Source: Hydrurus foetidus
Lineage: Eukaryota
Direction: 5' to 3'
DNA length: 64,000 nucleotides
Assembly: GCA_900617105.1 (NCBI GenBank)
Contig: UYFQ01000260.1
Coordinates: 372,001 to 436,000, forward strand
Shown here: piece by piece, positions 11,119-21,401 of the stretch
How positions within the stretch are numbered: the first letter of the stretch is position 1
How the letters are laid out: each line of letters opens with the position of its first letter
Translations under genes and position numbers: made by a program
Notes under the pieces: model-generated
Database searches by the model: none
Seen by the model: the letters and a program-made list of their open reading frames with translations, nothing else
What the model was told of the DNA's origin: nothing

Positions 11119-11219
11119 GTGCTCGTCCCCTCAAATCAACCGGCCTGAGCTAGAGCGGCGTCGAAAGACGCGCAAGCCGTCCCTCGCGTAAGGCGGCGAT
11201 CCGTGGCATGGAGCGGCCC

Positions 11220-11522
11220 ATGACGACCCCGATCCAAGAGACCATCCTTTCCCAGCTGGCAGGCCTGCCGGAGGGAAAGTCCATCGACCCCATGAGCGTC
11301 GCCAAGGCGGTCCAGCCCGAGCGCTGGCAGCAGATCCTGGGCCATGTGCGCAACAACGCCATCGAACTGGCGCGCGCCGGAACCATCGTGATCCTGCGCC
11401 ACAACAAGCCGGTCGACCCCGACAAGTTCCGTGGCGTCTATCGCCTGCGCACCCGTCTGCCGGGCGATCCGACCAGCTTCGAGACCGCCGCTCCGGATGA
11501 CGACGCGGACGACGATATCTGA
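11220..11522 (+). CDS. DUF3253-family small winged-helix-like protein
   Basis: KSIDPMSVAKA..WQQILGHVRNNAIELARAGTIVILRHNKPVDP..GVYRL. Confidence 0.72.
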   Translation: MTTPIQETILSQLAGLPEGKSIDPMSVAKAVQPERWQQILGHVRNNAIELARAGTIVILRHNKPVDPDKFRGVYRLRTRLPGDPTSFETAAPDDDADDDI

Positions 11523-11594
11523 TCCCTGTCGACTAAGTCTTGAAACGAAACTCAATCAATGAACTATGAGCCCCAACATTAGGGGAGTTTACCG

Positions 11595-12226
11595 ATGCTG
11601 ATTCACGGCTCGTCGCTGTCGCCGTTCGTGCGCAAGACCATGGCCTTCGCCACCGAGAAGGGCCTGACCTTCGAAAACAAGGTCGCCCGGCCCGGCTCGC
11701 CCGATCCCGAGTTTCTGGAGATCAGCCCGTTCAAGAAGATTCCGGGCTTTCAGGACGGTGATTTCCGGATCTCCGACTCCAGCGCCATCGTCACCTATCT
11801 GGAGGCGGCCTATCCCGAGCCCAACCTGATCCCGCTCGAGCCCAGGGCCCGCGCCCGGACGATCTGGTTCGAGGAGTTCGCCGACAGCATCTTCGTCGGT
11901 GCGGCCGGCAAGATCTTTTTCAACCTGGTGGTCGGCCCTCGGTTCATGGGTGTCGAAGCTGATCTGGCGGCGGTCGAAAGGCCACGACCGAAGAGATGCC
12001 GCCCGTGATGGACTATCTGGAGAAGATCGCGCCCGAGAGCGGCTTCCTGATCGAGGACCGCCTGACCCTGGCCGACATCGCCGTGGCCAGCCCCTTCGCC
12101 AACCTGATGCATGCGGGTTTTGACTTCGCCAAGTGGCCCAAGGCCAAGGCCTGGGCTGACAGCATCCTGGCCCGGCCGTCGTTCGAAACGGTGATCGCCA
12201 AGGAACGGGGCTTCCTGGGCGGCTGA
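11595..12226 (+). CDS. Glutathione S-transferase family protein; frameshift near 11980
   Basis: SPFVRK, SPFKKIP, DSSAIVTYLE; C-terminal LTLADIAV..RPSF in the second frame. Confidence 0.85.
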
Positions 12227-12285
12227 TATCGCCCTTCACCAGGGGCGCGGCGACGTTGATAAGCGCCGCCGCGCCTGATATCCCG

Positions 12286-12862
12286 ATGCTGACGCGCTTC
12301 TGCCTCCGACATCGCCGCCTGCCGGCTGCGCGCCATACCTGCCGCATGCGCCCCGGCCCGTGGTGCGGGTGCGGTCGAGACGCGCATCCTGATCTGTGGC
12401 CAAGCGGGACGCCTCGTCCACGAGACCGGATTGCCATTCAATGACCCGTCCGGCGTGCGCCTGCGCCAGTGGATGGGGATTGATCGCGAGACCTTCTATG
12501 CCCGGCCCGAGATCGGCGTCGCGGCCATGGCCTTCTGCTTTCCGGGGACCAACCCCAAGGGCGGCGACTATCCGCCGCCGCCCCGCTGCGCGGCGCTGTG
12601 GCGGCCGCAATTGCTTGAGCAACTGCCCAATGTCGAGTTGACCCTGCTGGTCGGCAGCTATTCCCAGGCCTGGGCGCTGGGCGACAGGGTGGGCAAGACC
12701 ATGACCGACACCGTCGCGGCCTGGCGGACCTTTGGGCCCAAGGTCCTGCCCATGCCGCATCCGTCGTGGCGCAACACCGCCTGGCTCAAGCGCAATCCGT
12801 GGTTCGAGACCGAGGTCACGCCCTATCTTCGCCAGCGGGTGGCGGGCATTCTGGCGGCATGA
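12286..12862 (+). CDS. Uracil-DNA glycosylase family protein; 5' frameshifts, start approximate
   Basis: ICGQA..VHETGLPFNDPSGVRLRQWMG, MAFCFPG, D.PP..RC, PHPSWRN. Confidence 0.8.
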
Positions 12863-13912
12863 ACCGCCGAAGCCTGATCGTCACCGCGTCCGCCGCCGCC
12901 CTCAGCGGCTGCGCGCCCCTGACCCAGAGACTGGACCTGGGGCCGCTGGGCTTTCGCGGGCCGCGTTTCGAGGGCGACGATTTCGTCAGTTTCGACGGCG
13001 CGCGGCTGGGCCCGAAGACCTGGCTGCCGATGGGCAAGCCCGACGGGTCATCGTCGGCCTGCACGGCATGAACGACTATTCCAACGCCTATCACCTGGCC
13101 GCCGCCTGGTGGGCCGGGCAGGGGATCGCCACCTATGCCTTCGATGTGCGCGGCTTTGGTCGCTCGCCCGAGCGCGGCGTCTGGGCGCCGGTCGGGATGG
13201 TCATCGAGGATGTGCGCACCTGCGTGGCCCTGGTCCGCGAGCGGCATCCGGGCGCCAGGATCGCCCTGGCCGGGATCAGCATGGGCGGGGCGCTGGCCAT
13301 CACCGCCATGACCGATCCCGATCCGCCCGTCGTGGATCGCCTGTTGCTGTTCGCGCCCGCCGTCTGGGGCTGGTCCGAGCAGCCCCTGCCCAATCGCGCC
13401 AGCCTGTGGGTCACGGCGCACATGGTCGGCGGATGGGTGGTCGAGCCGCCCGACTGGCTGGTCCGCAGGGTCCTGCCCAGTGACAATCTCGACGAGCTGC
13501 GGCGTATGGGCAGGGACCCGCTGATGATCTGGGGCGCGCGGTCCGACACCGTCTATGGCCTGGTGGGCCTGATGGAGAAGGCGTGGCGCTCGACCGACAG
13601 GATCACGGTTCCGACGGCCTGGTTCTATGGGGTCAATGACAAGATCATCCCCAAGGAGCCGACGGTCGAGGCGGCGGCCAGACTGAAGCCTTCCGACCGC
13701 ACGGCCTGCTACGAAAGGGCTGGCACCTGCTGCTGGTCGACCAGCAGGCCCCGACCGTCTGGCGCGATGCGGTCAGCTTCCTGAACGACCCCGCCGCGCC
13801 CTGGCCCTCCGGGCGCGCCGCCGATCCCGGACAGCGTCAAGGTCATGGAGGCCATGGCCCCAAGCCCCTCAAGGCCGCCGCCAAGTCTTCGGGCAAGTCT
13901 TCGGGGTTGTGA
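12859..13912 (+). CDS. Alpha/beta hydrolase (lysophospholipase-like), predicted Tat lipoprotein; frameshifts
   Basis: MNRRSLIV...LSGC signal; LHGMNDYS, DVRGFGRS, GISMGG nucleophile elbow. Confidence 0.78.
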
Positions 13913-13971
13913 GCGCCCGCCGGGCAGCGTACACCCCGGCGCATTCTTCTGTCTGAGGCGAGACCTGCGGC

Positions 13972-15026
13972 ATGACCTTGTTCGATTCCCCCGATTTCGA
14001 GGGACATGAAGGCGTCCACGCCTTCTTCGACGAAAAAACCGGTCTGAAGTCTATCATCGCCATCCATTCCACCGCCCGGGGCCCCGCCGCCGGCGGCTGC
14101 CGGATGTGGGACTACACCAGCAGCCAGGCCGCCCTGACTGACGCCCTGCGCCTGTCGCGCGGCATGTCGTACAAGAACGCCATGGCCGATCTCGACTTCG
14201 GCGGCGGCAAGGCCGTGATCCTCGGCGACAGCCGCAGCCAGAAGACGCCCTGTTCGAGGCCTCGGCCGCGCGGTCGACAGCCTGAACGGCCAGTACTGAC
14301 CGCCGAGGATGTCGGGTCCGCCGCCCGATCTGGAAAGCACCCGCAAGACCACCCGCTATGTCGCCGGCCTGGAAGGCCATGCGGCCGCCTCGGGCGATCC
14401 GTCGCCGGTCACCGCCGAGGGCGTGTTCCGCGGCGTGCGGCTGTGCGTCGAGAAGGCTTTGCAGCGCGACCTGACGGGCGTGCGGGTCGCGATCCAGGGC
14501 GTCGGCCATGTCGGCGCCTATCTGGCCGAAAAGCTGCACGCGGCCGGCGCGGTGCTGATCATCGCCGACGTCAACCAGACGGCCCTGCAAGAGGTGGCCG
14601 CCAAGACCGGCGCGACCATCGTGCCGACCGACGCCATCTTCGACGTCGAGGCCGACGTCTGCCCCCTGCGCCCTGGGCGGCGCGATCTCGGCCACGACCC
14701 TGCCGCGCCTGGAAGGTCAAGGTGATCGCCGGCGGCGCCACCGACCAGCTGGCCGACGCCATGATCGGGCCAGACGGTGTTTGATCGCGGTATCCTCTAC
14801 GCCCCGACGCTATGTCATCAACGGCGGCGGCATCATCAATGTGGCCGCAGAGATCCGCGCCCTCGAGGCCAATGGGTCGTTCGACGGCGACTGGGTGGCG
14901 ACCAAGCTGGACCGCCTGGCCCAGACCCTGGGTGAGGTCATCGACCAGTCGATCGCCGAAAAGCGTCCCGCCAACCTGGTGGCCGACGAGATCGCCCGGG
15001 CCCGAATCGCGGCGGCGCGGGCCCAG
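13972..15026 (+). CDS. Leu/Phe/Val dehydrogenase; multiple frameshifts, expected stop reads CAG
   Basis: IAIHSTARGPAAGGCR, LRLSRGMSYKNA, GGGKAVI, GDPSPVTAEGV, IQGVGHVG, YVINGGGIINV. Confidence 0.85.
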
Positions 15027-15126
15027 AGCATTTCCGTCCTGACTGCGTCAGGCCGGAGCTCTAGATCTTTGTTTTGGCGCATTTTCTTCACGCGAACCGG
15101 GATCCACTTCGCTCGAAAATGCTCTA
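15024..15126. repeat. MITE-like alphaproteobacterial intergenic repeat, family B
   Basis: Terminal inverted repeats AGAGCATTT...AAATGCTCT(A); internal GCATTTTCTTCACGCGAACCGGGATCCACTTCGCTCGAAAATGC; lower GC than flanks. Confidence 0.75.
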
Positions 15127-15175
15127 GCCTTTTCGCCGCGTCGCGCGTTCCATGTTGGAAATCATGGAGCCCGCC

Positions 15176-15470
15176 ATGTCCAACACCCATCCTCGACGAC
15201 TTGAAACAACAGATGGCGCCGTCGCCGCTCAGGATTTCGAGACGGCGGGCAAGCTGCGCGACCAGATCGACGACCTGCGGCGGGGTAACCTCGTGCGCGG
15301 TGTCGAAGACCAGCCTCAGCCTCGTACTTCCAGCGACAGGTTCCGGGCAGGATGGGCCTGGGCACGGACCAGCAGGTCTATGCGCCGCCCGAGGGCTGGG
15401 TCCCGCCGAAAAAGCCTGATCCCATGACCGCCGGCCACTCGCGCGGCGCACGTCGCCGCAAGGGCTGTCC
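15176..15470 (+). CDS. Small UvrB/UvrC-motif protein; frameshifts, end approximate
   Basis: GGAG RBS; AVAAQDFETAGKLRDQI (UVR motif); MGLGTDQQVYAPPEGWVPPKKPDPMT in a downstream frame. Confidence 0.6.
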
Positions 15471-15471
15471 T

Positions 15472-16856
15472 TCAAACCCGCCCGCTGATGCTGGAGCCGG
15501 CGTCCTTGTCCAGCGCCAGATAGACCGGCAGGGCCATCAGGTCACCGCACTGACCGCCGATAGGACACTTCGAGCGGTCGGGGTCACGCCCGCGCCGCGC
15601 GCCAGATGCAGCATCGCGCCGCCGAAGCGACGCCGAAGGCCAGGCCGACCTGCTGGGCCACAGGGTCGAGGCCGCAGCCACCGAGCTTTCCGGCACATCG
15701 GCATAGGCGATGGTGTTGGCGGCGATGAACTGGTTGGAGCGGAAGAACCCGCCTAGCGTCATCAGGGCGATCATCACCCACACCGGTGTCGCGGCCGTAA
15801 AGAAGCCGGGCGCGGCGGTGAAGATCGCCGTCAGCACCAGGGCGAAGGCCAGGGCCGTGCGGAAGCCGACCCGCTTGAGGTTCCAGGCCGCGAACGGGCG
15901 GGCGACCAGCACGCCGCCGCCCGAGGCGATGGTCACCAGGCTGGCCTGCAGCGGCGTCCAGCCCAGCGCCACCTGCAGCAGCAGGGGCAGCAGGAACTGG
16001 CTGGTCTCGACGCCCGCCGCACGAAGGCGCCAGCTCACCAGGCTGGCGCGATAGGTGTGGGATAGCGCATCAGCGACAAGGTCGAGGATCGGCTGGGCGA
16101 GCGTCTGCCTGGCGCAGATAGCCCGCCGACCAGCAGCGCCGCCACCAGGATCTATTAGTTGCAGAGCCGGCGGCAGCAGGCCCAGGCCCGCCGTCTCGGC
16201 CACCACCACCAGCCCGCTGACACGCCGCGCAGAGCGCGAAGCCGGCCCAGTTTGAAGCGTTGTCGGGCTGGCGTCCCGGGCGGCACGAAGCGCATCACGG
16301 CGATCATGCCCAGCACGCCGACCGGCAGGTTCAGGTAGGTACATCCACGCCAGTCGGCGAAGGTCAGCACCAGGCCGGCCAGGGGCGGTCCATCAGCGGC
16401 CCCAGAAGGGCATGGTGAGGTGAACCAGCCCATCGCCCCGATCAGCTTGTCGCGCGGGGTCGAGCCCACCACGATCAGCCGCGCCACCGGCGTCATCATC
16501 GCCCCGCCCAGCCCCTGCAGGATGCGCGAGGCGACCAGGGCCTCGAGGTTGCGCGACAGGCCGCACAGGGCCGAGCCAAGCAGGAACACCATCGCCGCCA
16601 GGAACACCCGGCGCGAGCCGAAGCGCTCGGCCGCCCAGCCGCTGGCGGGGGTGAACACCGCCAGCGACAGGATGTAGGACGTCAGGGCCAGCTTCAGATG
16701 GATCGGATCCACCGCGAAGGCGCGGGCCAGGGTCGGCAGGGCGGTCGACAGCGCGGTGGCGTCGATGAATTCCATGAACAGCGCGCTGGCCATGGCGATC
16801 GCGATCAGCCGGGTGGCCAGGGGCGAGGGCGAAGGGGAGGGCTGTGGTTCGGACAC
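15472..16856 (-). CDS. MFS transporter, DHA2/EmrB-like; many frameshifts
   Basis: FMEFIDATALSTALP, SGWAAERFGSRRVF, RILQGLGGAMMTP, NLPVG, FLLPLLLQVALG. Confidence 0.8.
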
Positions 16857-16906
16857 GCTCTGGGCTTAGGCCCCTCGCATGGCCGGCTCAAGCGCCGGCG
16901 ACGGCT

Positions 16907-17725
16907 TCAGCGCTTGGGCTTGATCGACAGGGTGACGCCATAGACGATGTCGCGGTCGGAATAGGCCTCGGCCTGCAGCTTGCGGCGCGTGGCGCTGAGC
17001 GACAGTTGCTTGCCGCCCTTGCGCCAGCCTATGCCGAGCTGATGGGTGCCAAAGCGTGTCAAACGGTCCTGCGACCAGCCGGAACCGCGCCATCCTTCGA
17101 CAGAACTGCGGATCATGTTCCAGCTCAGGGCCTGGCCCGAACTGGCGGCGAACAGCACCCAACGGCCCCGGCGCGGATCCTGGGCCACGCCGCTCATCTT
17201 GCCCACGAGGGCCGAGGCGTTGACGGACAGGCGCTGGGACGTCGAAGGCGCGTCGAACGAGCCGAAGGGCTGGATGTCGATATCCTCGACCTTGACCACC
17301 GGAATGCGGCGTGTCGAAGCGCGGACAAGGCTCAAGGCCGGCGGATGCGTTTCGGCGACGGTCACGGCGGTCGGCGCAGAGCGCTTGCGGGGCTCTGCGA
17401 GGGTCTGGATCTGGGCGACCAGCAAGGGCTTGGGTGCGGGTGTCGCAGCGGGGCCGCCGGCCAGGGGCGCGACCGCTCCGGCCAGATCGACGGGCGAGGG
17501 GGCAAGGGTTGAGGCGGGCGTGGCGGCCGCGCGGCGCGGCGCATCGCCATAGCGAGCGGTGGCGATCGGAGCGTCCGGATCGATGGCGGCGGCGTCGCCG
17601 CCGGCCAAGGTCAGGGTTGCGTCATAGGGCGCCGGCGCATGGGTCGACAGGGCCGTGGCGGTCGTGGCGACAACCCCCAGCCCGGCCGCAACCAGCGCGC
17701 CCCTTATGATGACCCCAACCCGCAT
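16907..17725 (-). CDS. Exported hypothetical protein with Ala/Pro-rich linker and beta-strand-rich C-terminus
   Basis: Intact 272-aa ORF, signal-peptide-like N-terminus, amphipathic strands (GRWVLFAA, QLGIGWRKG, VYGVTLSIK). Confidence 0.6.
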   Translation of the reverse strand: MRVGVIIRGALVAAGLGVVATTATALSTHAPAPYDATLTLAGGDAAAIDPDAPIATARYGDAPRRAAATPASTLAPSPVDLAGAVAPLAGGPAATPAPKPLLVAQIQTLAEPRKRSAPTAVTVAETHPPALSLVRASTRRIPVVKVEDIDIQPFGSFDAPSTSQRLSVNASALVGKMSGVAQDPRRGRWVLFAASSGQALSWNMIRSSVEGWRGSGWSQDRLTRFGTHQLGIGWRKGGKQLSLSATRRKLQAEAYSDRDIVYGVTLSIKPKR

Positions 17726-17828
17726 CGATCCGAACGTTCCCTCGCGCTCGCGTCCCCCAGCGTGCCGTTAAGGATATGCGGAACAGTGTGACGCCTGTAC
17801 AGGCCCAACACACCGATGAAATGTGAAA

Positions 17829-18943
17829 TTAAGTTCGCGCCCGCTTTTCTGGCGTTCCATGAGGCGTTTTGCCGGGCGGCCGGGGCTTGTCGTCGGCGGG
17901 CTCGTCGCCATCGCCGCCGTCCTCACCGGGCTTACGGCGCGCTTCGAAGAAGAAGTTGGCGCGCTCGGACAGCCATGCGGCGACTCGGTCGGAGAACATG
18001 CCCGCCAGGACACCCACGCCCGCAAAGGTCATGACATTGGCGTCGCCCTCCAGCGAGGAGGCGTCGCCCAGCAGCACCGCACCGCTGCCCAGGATGATGT
18101 AGACGCAGACCGCGACCATGCCGCCCAGCCCGATGCGCGCCTCGAAACCCTCGCCCTTGGTCAGGCCCAGCTGATTCCGGGATAGACGATCAGATCTGGC
18201 GATCAGCAGCGCCCCGAAGGCCCCCGACATGAAGGCCAGCAGGATCTGCAGGGTGGCCGGCGGAAAGCCTCGAACAGCCCGCCCGCCGCCATCCAGGAGC
18301 GCAGCAGATCGAAGTCGCCGAACTTTCGGCCCACCTGCAGGGCCCACTGCCCCTGCTTGTCGGCCTCGTCGAGGGCCTCCCTGGAGCGGCTGACACTGTT
18401 CTTGGCCTCGTTGACTGCCGCCTCGGCGCGCGAGGCGTTCTCCATCACCTGCTTGAAGTTGGGAGAGCGCGCGACCAGCGAGTCCCAGATCTTCTGGTCG
18501 CGGGGCTTGAGCTCGCAGGCCTGAACCGTCTCCCAGTCCTGAAGCTTGCTGGCGCTGGCGTTGGAGCTGAACTCGCACAGGGCCTGGGCCCTCAGGCGGT
18601 CGCGAAAGCTGAAGAAGGCGTCGGACTCGCTCGAGATCGCAGGCTCCAGGCCGGCCCTCAGGGACCGGGCCTTTTCCATGGCCCGGCGTTCGGCGTCGTA
18701 TTCGCGCCAGGCCTCGTCGCGGGCTTTCTTCAGTTCGGCGGATTTCTTGTAGGCCAGATAGGCCTGGCTGTAGGTGACGGGCTTGCCGTCTTCGCTGGGC
18801 ACGTCCTTCAGTCCGGCCGAGATCGACTGCTGGGCCGAGGCCGTCATCAGGGTGGCCAGGAACGCATAGACGACGAGGATCGACAGCAGGACGCGCGCCA
18901 GGCCGATCGCGAAAACGACCCGTGGATCTCTGGTCTCGCCCAT
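17829..18943 (-). CDS. Hypothetical membrane protein (N-terminal TM, coiled-coil middle, three C-terminal TMs); frameshift near 18260
   Basis: ORF 18203-18943 joins the frame ending at 17829 (LQILLAFMSGAFGALL..RIGLGGMVAVCVY..LAGMFSDRV). Confidence 0.6.
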
Positions 18944-19038
18944 GCTTGCGCGCCCCCAAGCGAATTTCAGCCCAGGGTAGTAAGCGCGCCGGCAGGCAGA
19001 TTGTCAAAACGTCGAAGAACGCCGTTCGCCGTTCGCCG

Positions 19039-19185
19039 TCAGTGGCCCGGTCGGGGCTCGAATGTCCGTCGTTCCTTGAGCTTCAAGGCTTCCTCATCAG
19101 GCTTGCGGCCATGCTGGGCCTTGGGCTCGGACTTGGGCACGCTGTAATTGGTCATGGGGTCTTGGTGCTGGAACCCATTGGTCAT
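19039..19185 (-). CDS. Hypothetical 48-aa hydrophilic small protein
   Basis: GGGAG RBS at 19194-19198; MTNGFQHQDPMTNYSVPKSEPKAQHGRKPDEEALKLKERRTFEPRPGH; starts about 30 bp after the transglutaminase stop. Confidence 0.5.
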   Translation of the reverse strand: MTNGFQHQDPMTNYSVPKSEPKAQHGRKPDEEALKLKERRTFEPRPGH

Positions 19186-19213
19186 GGCTCTCACTCCCGA
19201 TCGACAGCCCATT

Positions 19214-20079
19214 TTACCACGCGGGCTCGAAAACGGTGTCGACCAGGCGACATCCACGGAGACGTGAAGTCGAGCCTCGCCGGGGTCGCCCAGAATGGCC
19301 CCCGAGACGGGCAGGGCCTGGGACGGGGTGCGGGTGGTGGCCACGCGGATAAGGTCCGGCGACTCGGCCAGGCCATTGGTGGGGTCGAACTCCACCCAGC
19401 CGAGGTCGGGCAGGAACAGCTCGCACCAGGCATGGGTCGCGCCCGCGCCGCGCACGACCGAGGCGCTGGGCGAATAGAGATAGCCGGTGGCGAACAGCGC
19501 CGCATAGCCCAGCCGGCGCATGCCCTCGACCATCAGCCAGGCCAGGTCTCGACAGGCGCCCTTGCCGCTGGCCAGGGTCTCTAGCGGGCTCTGGACGCCC
19601 TGCTCGTAGCGGGTGGTGTAGTCGAACTGCTGATGGATGACTGAATTGACCCGCAGCAGGAAATCCAGCGCCGGCTCGTCCAGGCGTCCGCGCAGGCCGC
19701 GCAGCCACTTGAGAAGCACGGCGTCGGGATCGTCGGTGACCGGCGCCATGAACGGGGCCAGGGTGGCGTGGTCCTCGCGGTCATAGACGATCGGCGTCAG
19801 GGTATGGGGATTGTCGATCCGCAGCGGCGACAGCGGGGCGGGGAAACGATCGATAATCAGTTCACTGATGATGCTCAGCGAGGTCGACCTCCGCGCGGCT
19901 GCGGCACACGGTATGCTGCCGTTGGCGTCATAGTCCAGCGGTGGGCCGGGCGGGGTGACATAGAGCGAGCCTCGACGATGCGCAGGGCATGGCTGTCGCG
20001 CGGGCGGATCAGCAGCCGGTGCGTGCCGAAACGACCGCGTCATAGTCATACCGGGTTCGTGCAGGATTCGACGGGCCAT
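19214..20079 (-). CDS. Transglutaminase-like family protein; frameshifts
   Basis: N-terminal HET.YDY..HRLLIRPRD; core GACRDLAWLM..R.LG..A.F..GY, ATHAWCEL, GWVEFDPTN (Cys-His-Asp triad). Confidence 0.82.
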
Positions 20080-20089
20080 TGCGGAGCCT

Positions 20090-20114
20090 AACCCCCGGCT
20101 GGCCGCTTCGTTCC
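20090..20114 (-). promoter_or_regulatory. sigmaT/EcfG general-stress-response promoter
   Basis: Minus strand GGAAC-N16-GGTT ending 10 nt before the transglutaminase ATG. Confidence 0.6.
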
Positions 20115-20115
20115 G

Positions 20116-20798
20116 TCAGCCGGCCAGATCGCGCAGGCCACGGCCGCGAAACCCGCCTCGGCGAAGGCCAGCATCCGCGCCAGCAGGGCTTCCACGTCGC
20201 CCTGCTGGTGGCGCTTCCGACAGCACGTTCAGGCGATCGAACTCGGCGAAGCGGTTGTTGTGCAGCATGCCCAGGGTGAAGTGCAGGCGCCAGTAAACGT
20301 CTTCCGGCGACAGGGTCGGGCGGGCCGCCAGCAGGGCGTCGGAGAAGCGGCGCAGATGCGAGACGTCGGTCTTCAGGATCTGGCGGATCTGGTCGGTGCC
20401 CTCGCTGCGGGCGCGGATCAGGAACTGCAGCGAGATGCGGCGCTCGTGGTCGGGGGCACAGCGCAGGCGGGTCAGCAGGGGCCAGCACCTCGCGCACGGG
20501 CGGTGGCTTTGCGGTCGTTGGTCATATTGCCCGTGCCTGCGGGCGCGTTCGGGTTGAGTCCCTGCGCGGCGGCGGAAAATCTCGAACAGCAGGGCGTCCT
20601 TGGAGCCGAAATGATAGTTCACCGAGGCCAGGTTGACGCCGGCGGTGGTGATGTCCGCACCGACACGTTCTGAAGCCATGCAGCGCAAACACCGCTCGGC
20701 GGCGACGTCCCGATTCTTGGTCGCGCTTCGGTCTCGGCGGCCTCGGCCACCCCTTCAGTCAGAAGCGGCGAGACGGCGGCGTCGGTGGTCGGACTCAC
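20116..20798 (-). CDS. TetR/AcrR-family regulator, PsrA-like; frameshifts, start uncertain (20750 or 20798)
   Basis: HTH AGVNLASVNYHFGSKDALL; C-terminal ARPTLSPEDVYWRLHFTLGML. Confidence 0.78.
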
Positions 20799-21031
20799 TA
20801 CAATTCCCCTTTACCCGTGGGGAAGTCTTACGGGCGTTTAAATTTGGCGCAAGCGTCAAGATCGGCCGAAGGCTGATGAAGTACTGGCGGGACTGCTTGA
20901 AGGCGCGGCGGCGCGCGGCGGACTTCGGCCTGGGACGACCAGCCGTCCGGGGTGAACTGCGCGCCGACCCCGGATGGGGCAGCTCTATCGCCCAGGTCGT
21001 CCCCCTATCACAAGCCTGCGGGGAATGGGAT

Positions 21032-21147
21032 CCCGTCATCCCGGGACTTGTTCCCGGGACCCACGTTCCGTTGCCCCGTAAGGGGTCTGTGATCCACCGA
21101 CCGTGCGGCCGACCCATGGGTCCGGGAACAGGTCCTGGGATGACGGG
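21032..21147. repeat. Long palindromic intergenic repeat, family C
   Basis: Arms CCCGTCATCCCGGGACTTGTTCCCGGGACCCA and TGGGTCCGGGAACAGGTCCTGGGATGACGGG form an imperfect inverted repeat around a spacer. Confidence 0.78.
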
Positions 21148-21229
21148 CGTTGCCGAGCGTCCCCCTCTTGGGGAGGCCCACGGGCGTCCAGACAATCGAC
21201 GCAGCCCCCTTAAAACCTGCCGTATTCTT

Positions 21230-21400
21230 GACTCACCTCGTCGCGAGGAAAGGGCGCAAGGCCAGCGACCATTGCGGCGGCGGGGGGTGATCGAGCGGGA
21301 CTGGGGTCGAGGGGGATACTCGACCGGTCCGGGGATCCTGGCGTTGCAGGACCCGCCCGCCGTCGGCGTGGATGAGGACAGACGGGTGTGTTCATTAGTC
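21230..21400 (-). CDS. Possible small protein (about 56 aa, needs one frameshift) coupled to the upstream ORF
   Basis: ATG at 21400 lies next to the TAA of ORF 21402-21596 (minus strand AGCTAATGACT, one-base overlap/offset); reads MTNEHTRL../LIHADGGRVLQRQDPRTGRV..WSLALRPFLATR-stop. Confidence 0.3.
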
Positions 21401-21401
21401 A

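Noticed and set aside
19039..20079. 346-aa ORF as a single transglutaminase with a long C-terminal tail
   Set aside because: A frameshift near 19250 bypasses the likely stop at 19214; the tail is better explained as a separate RBS-bearing ORF.
20860..21030. Possible small ORF or gene remnant upstream of the TetR gene
   Set aside because: No convincing start, frame or motif in an error-rich stretch.
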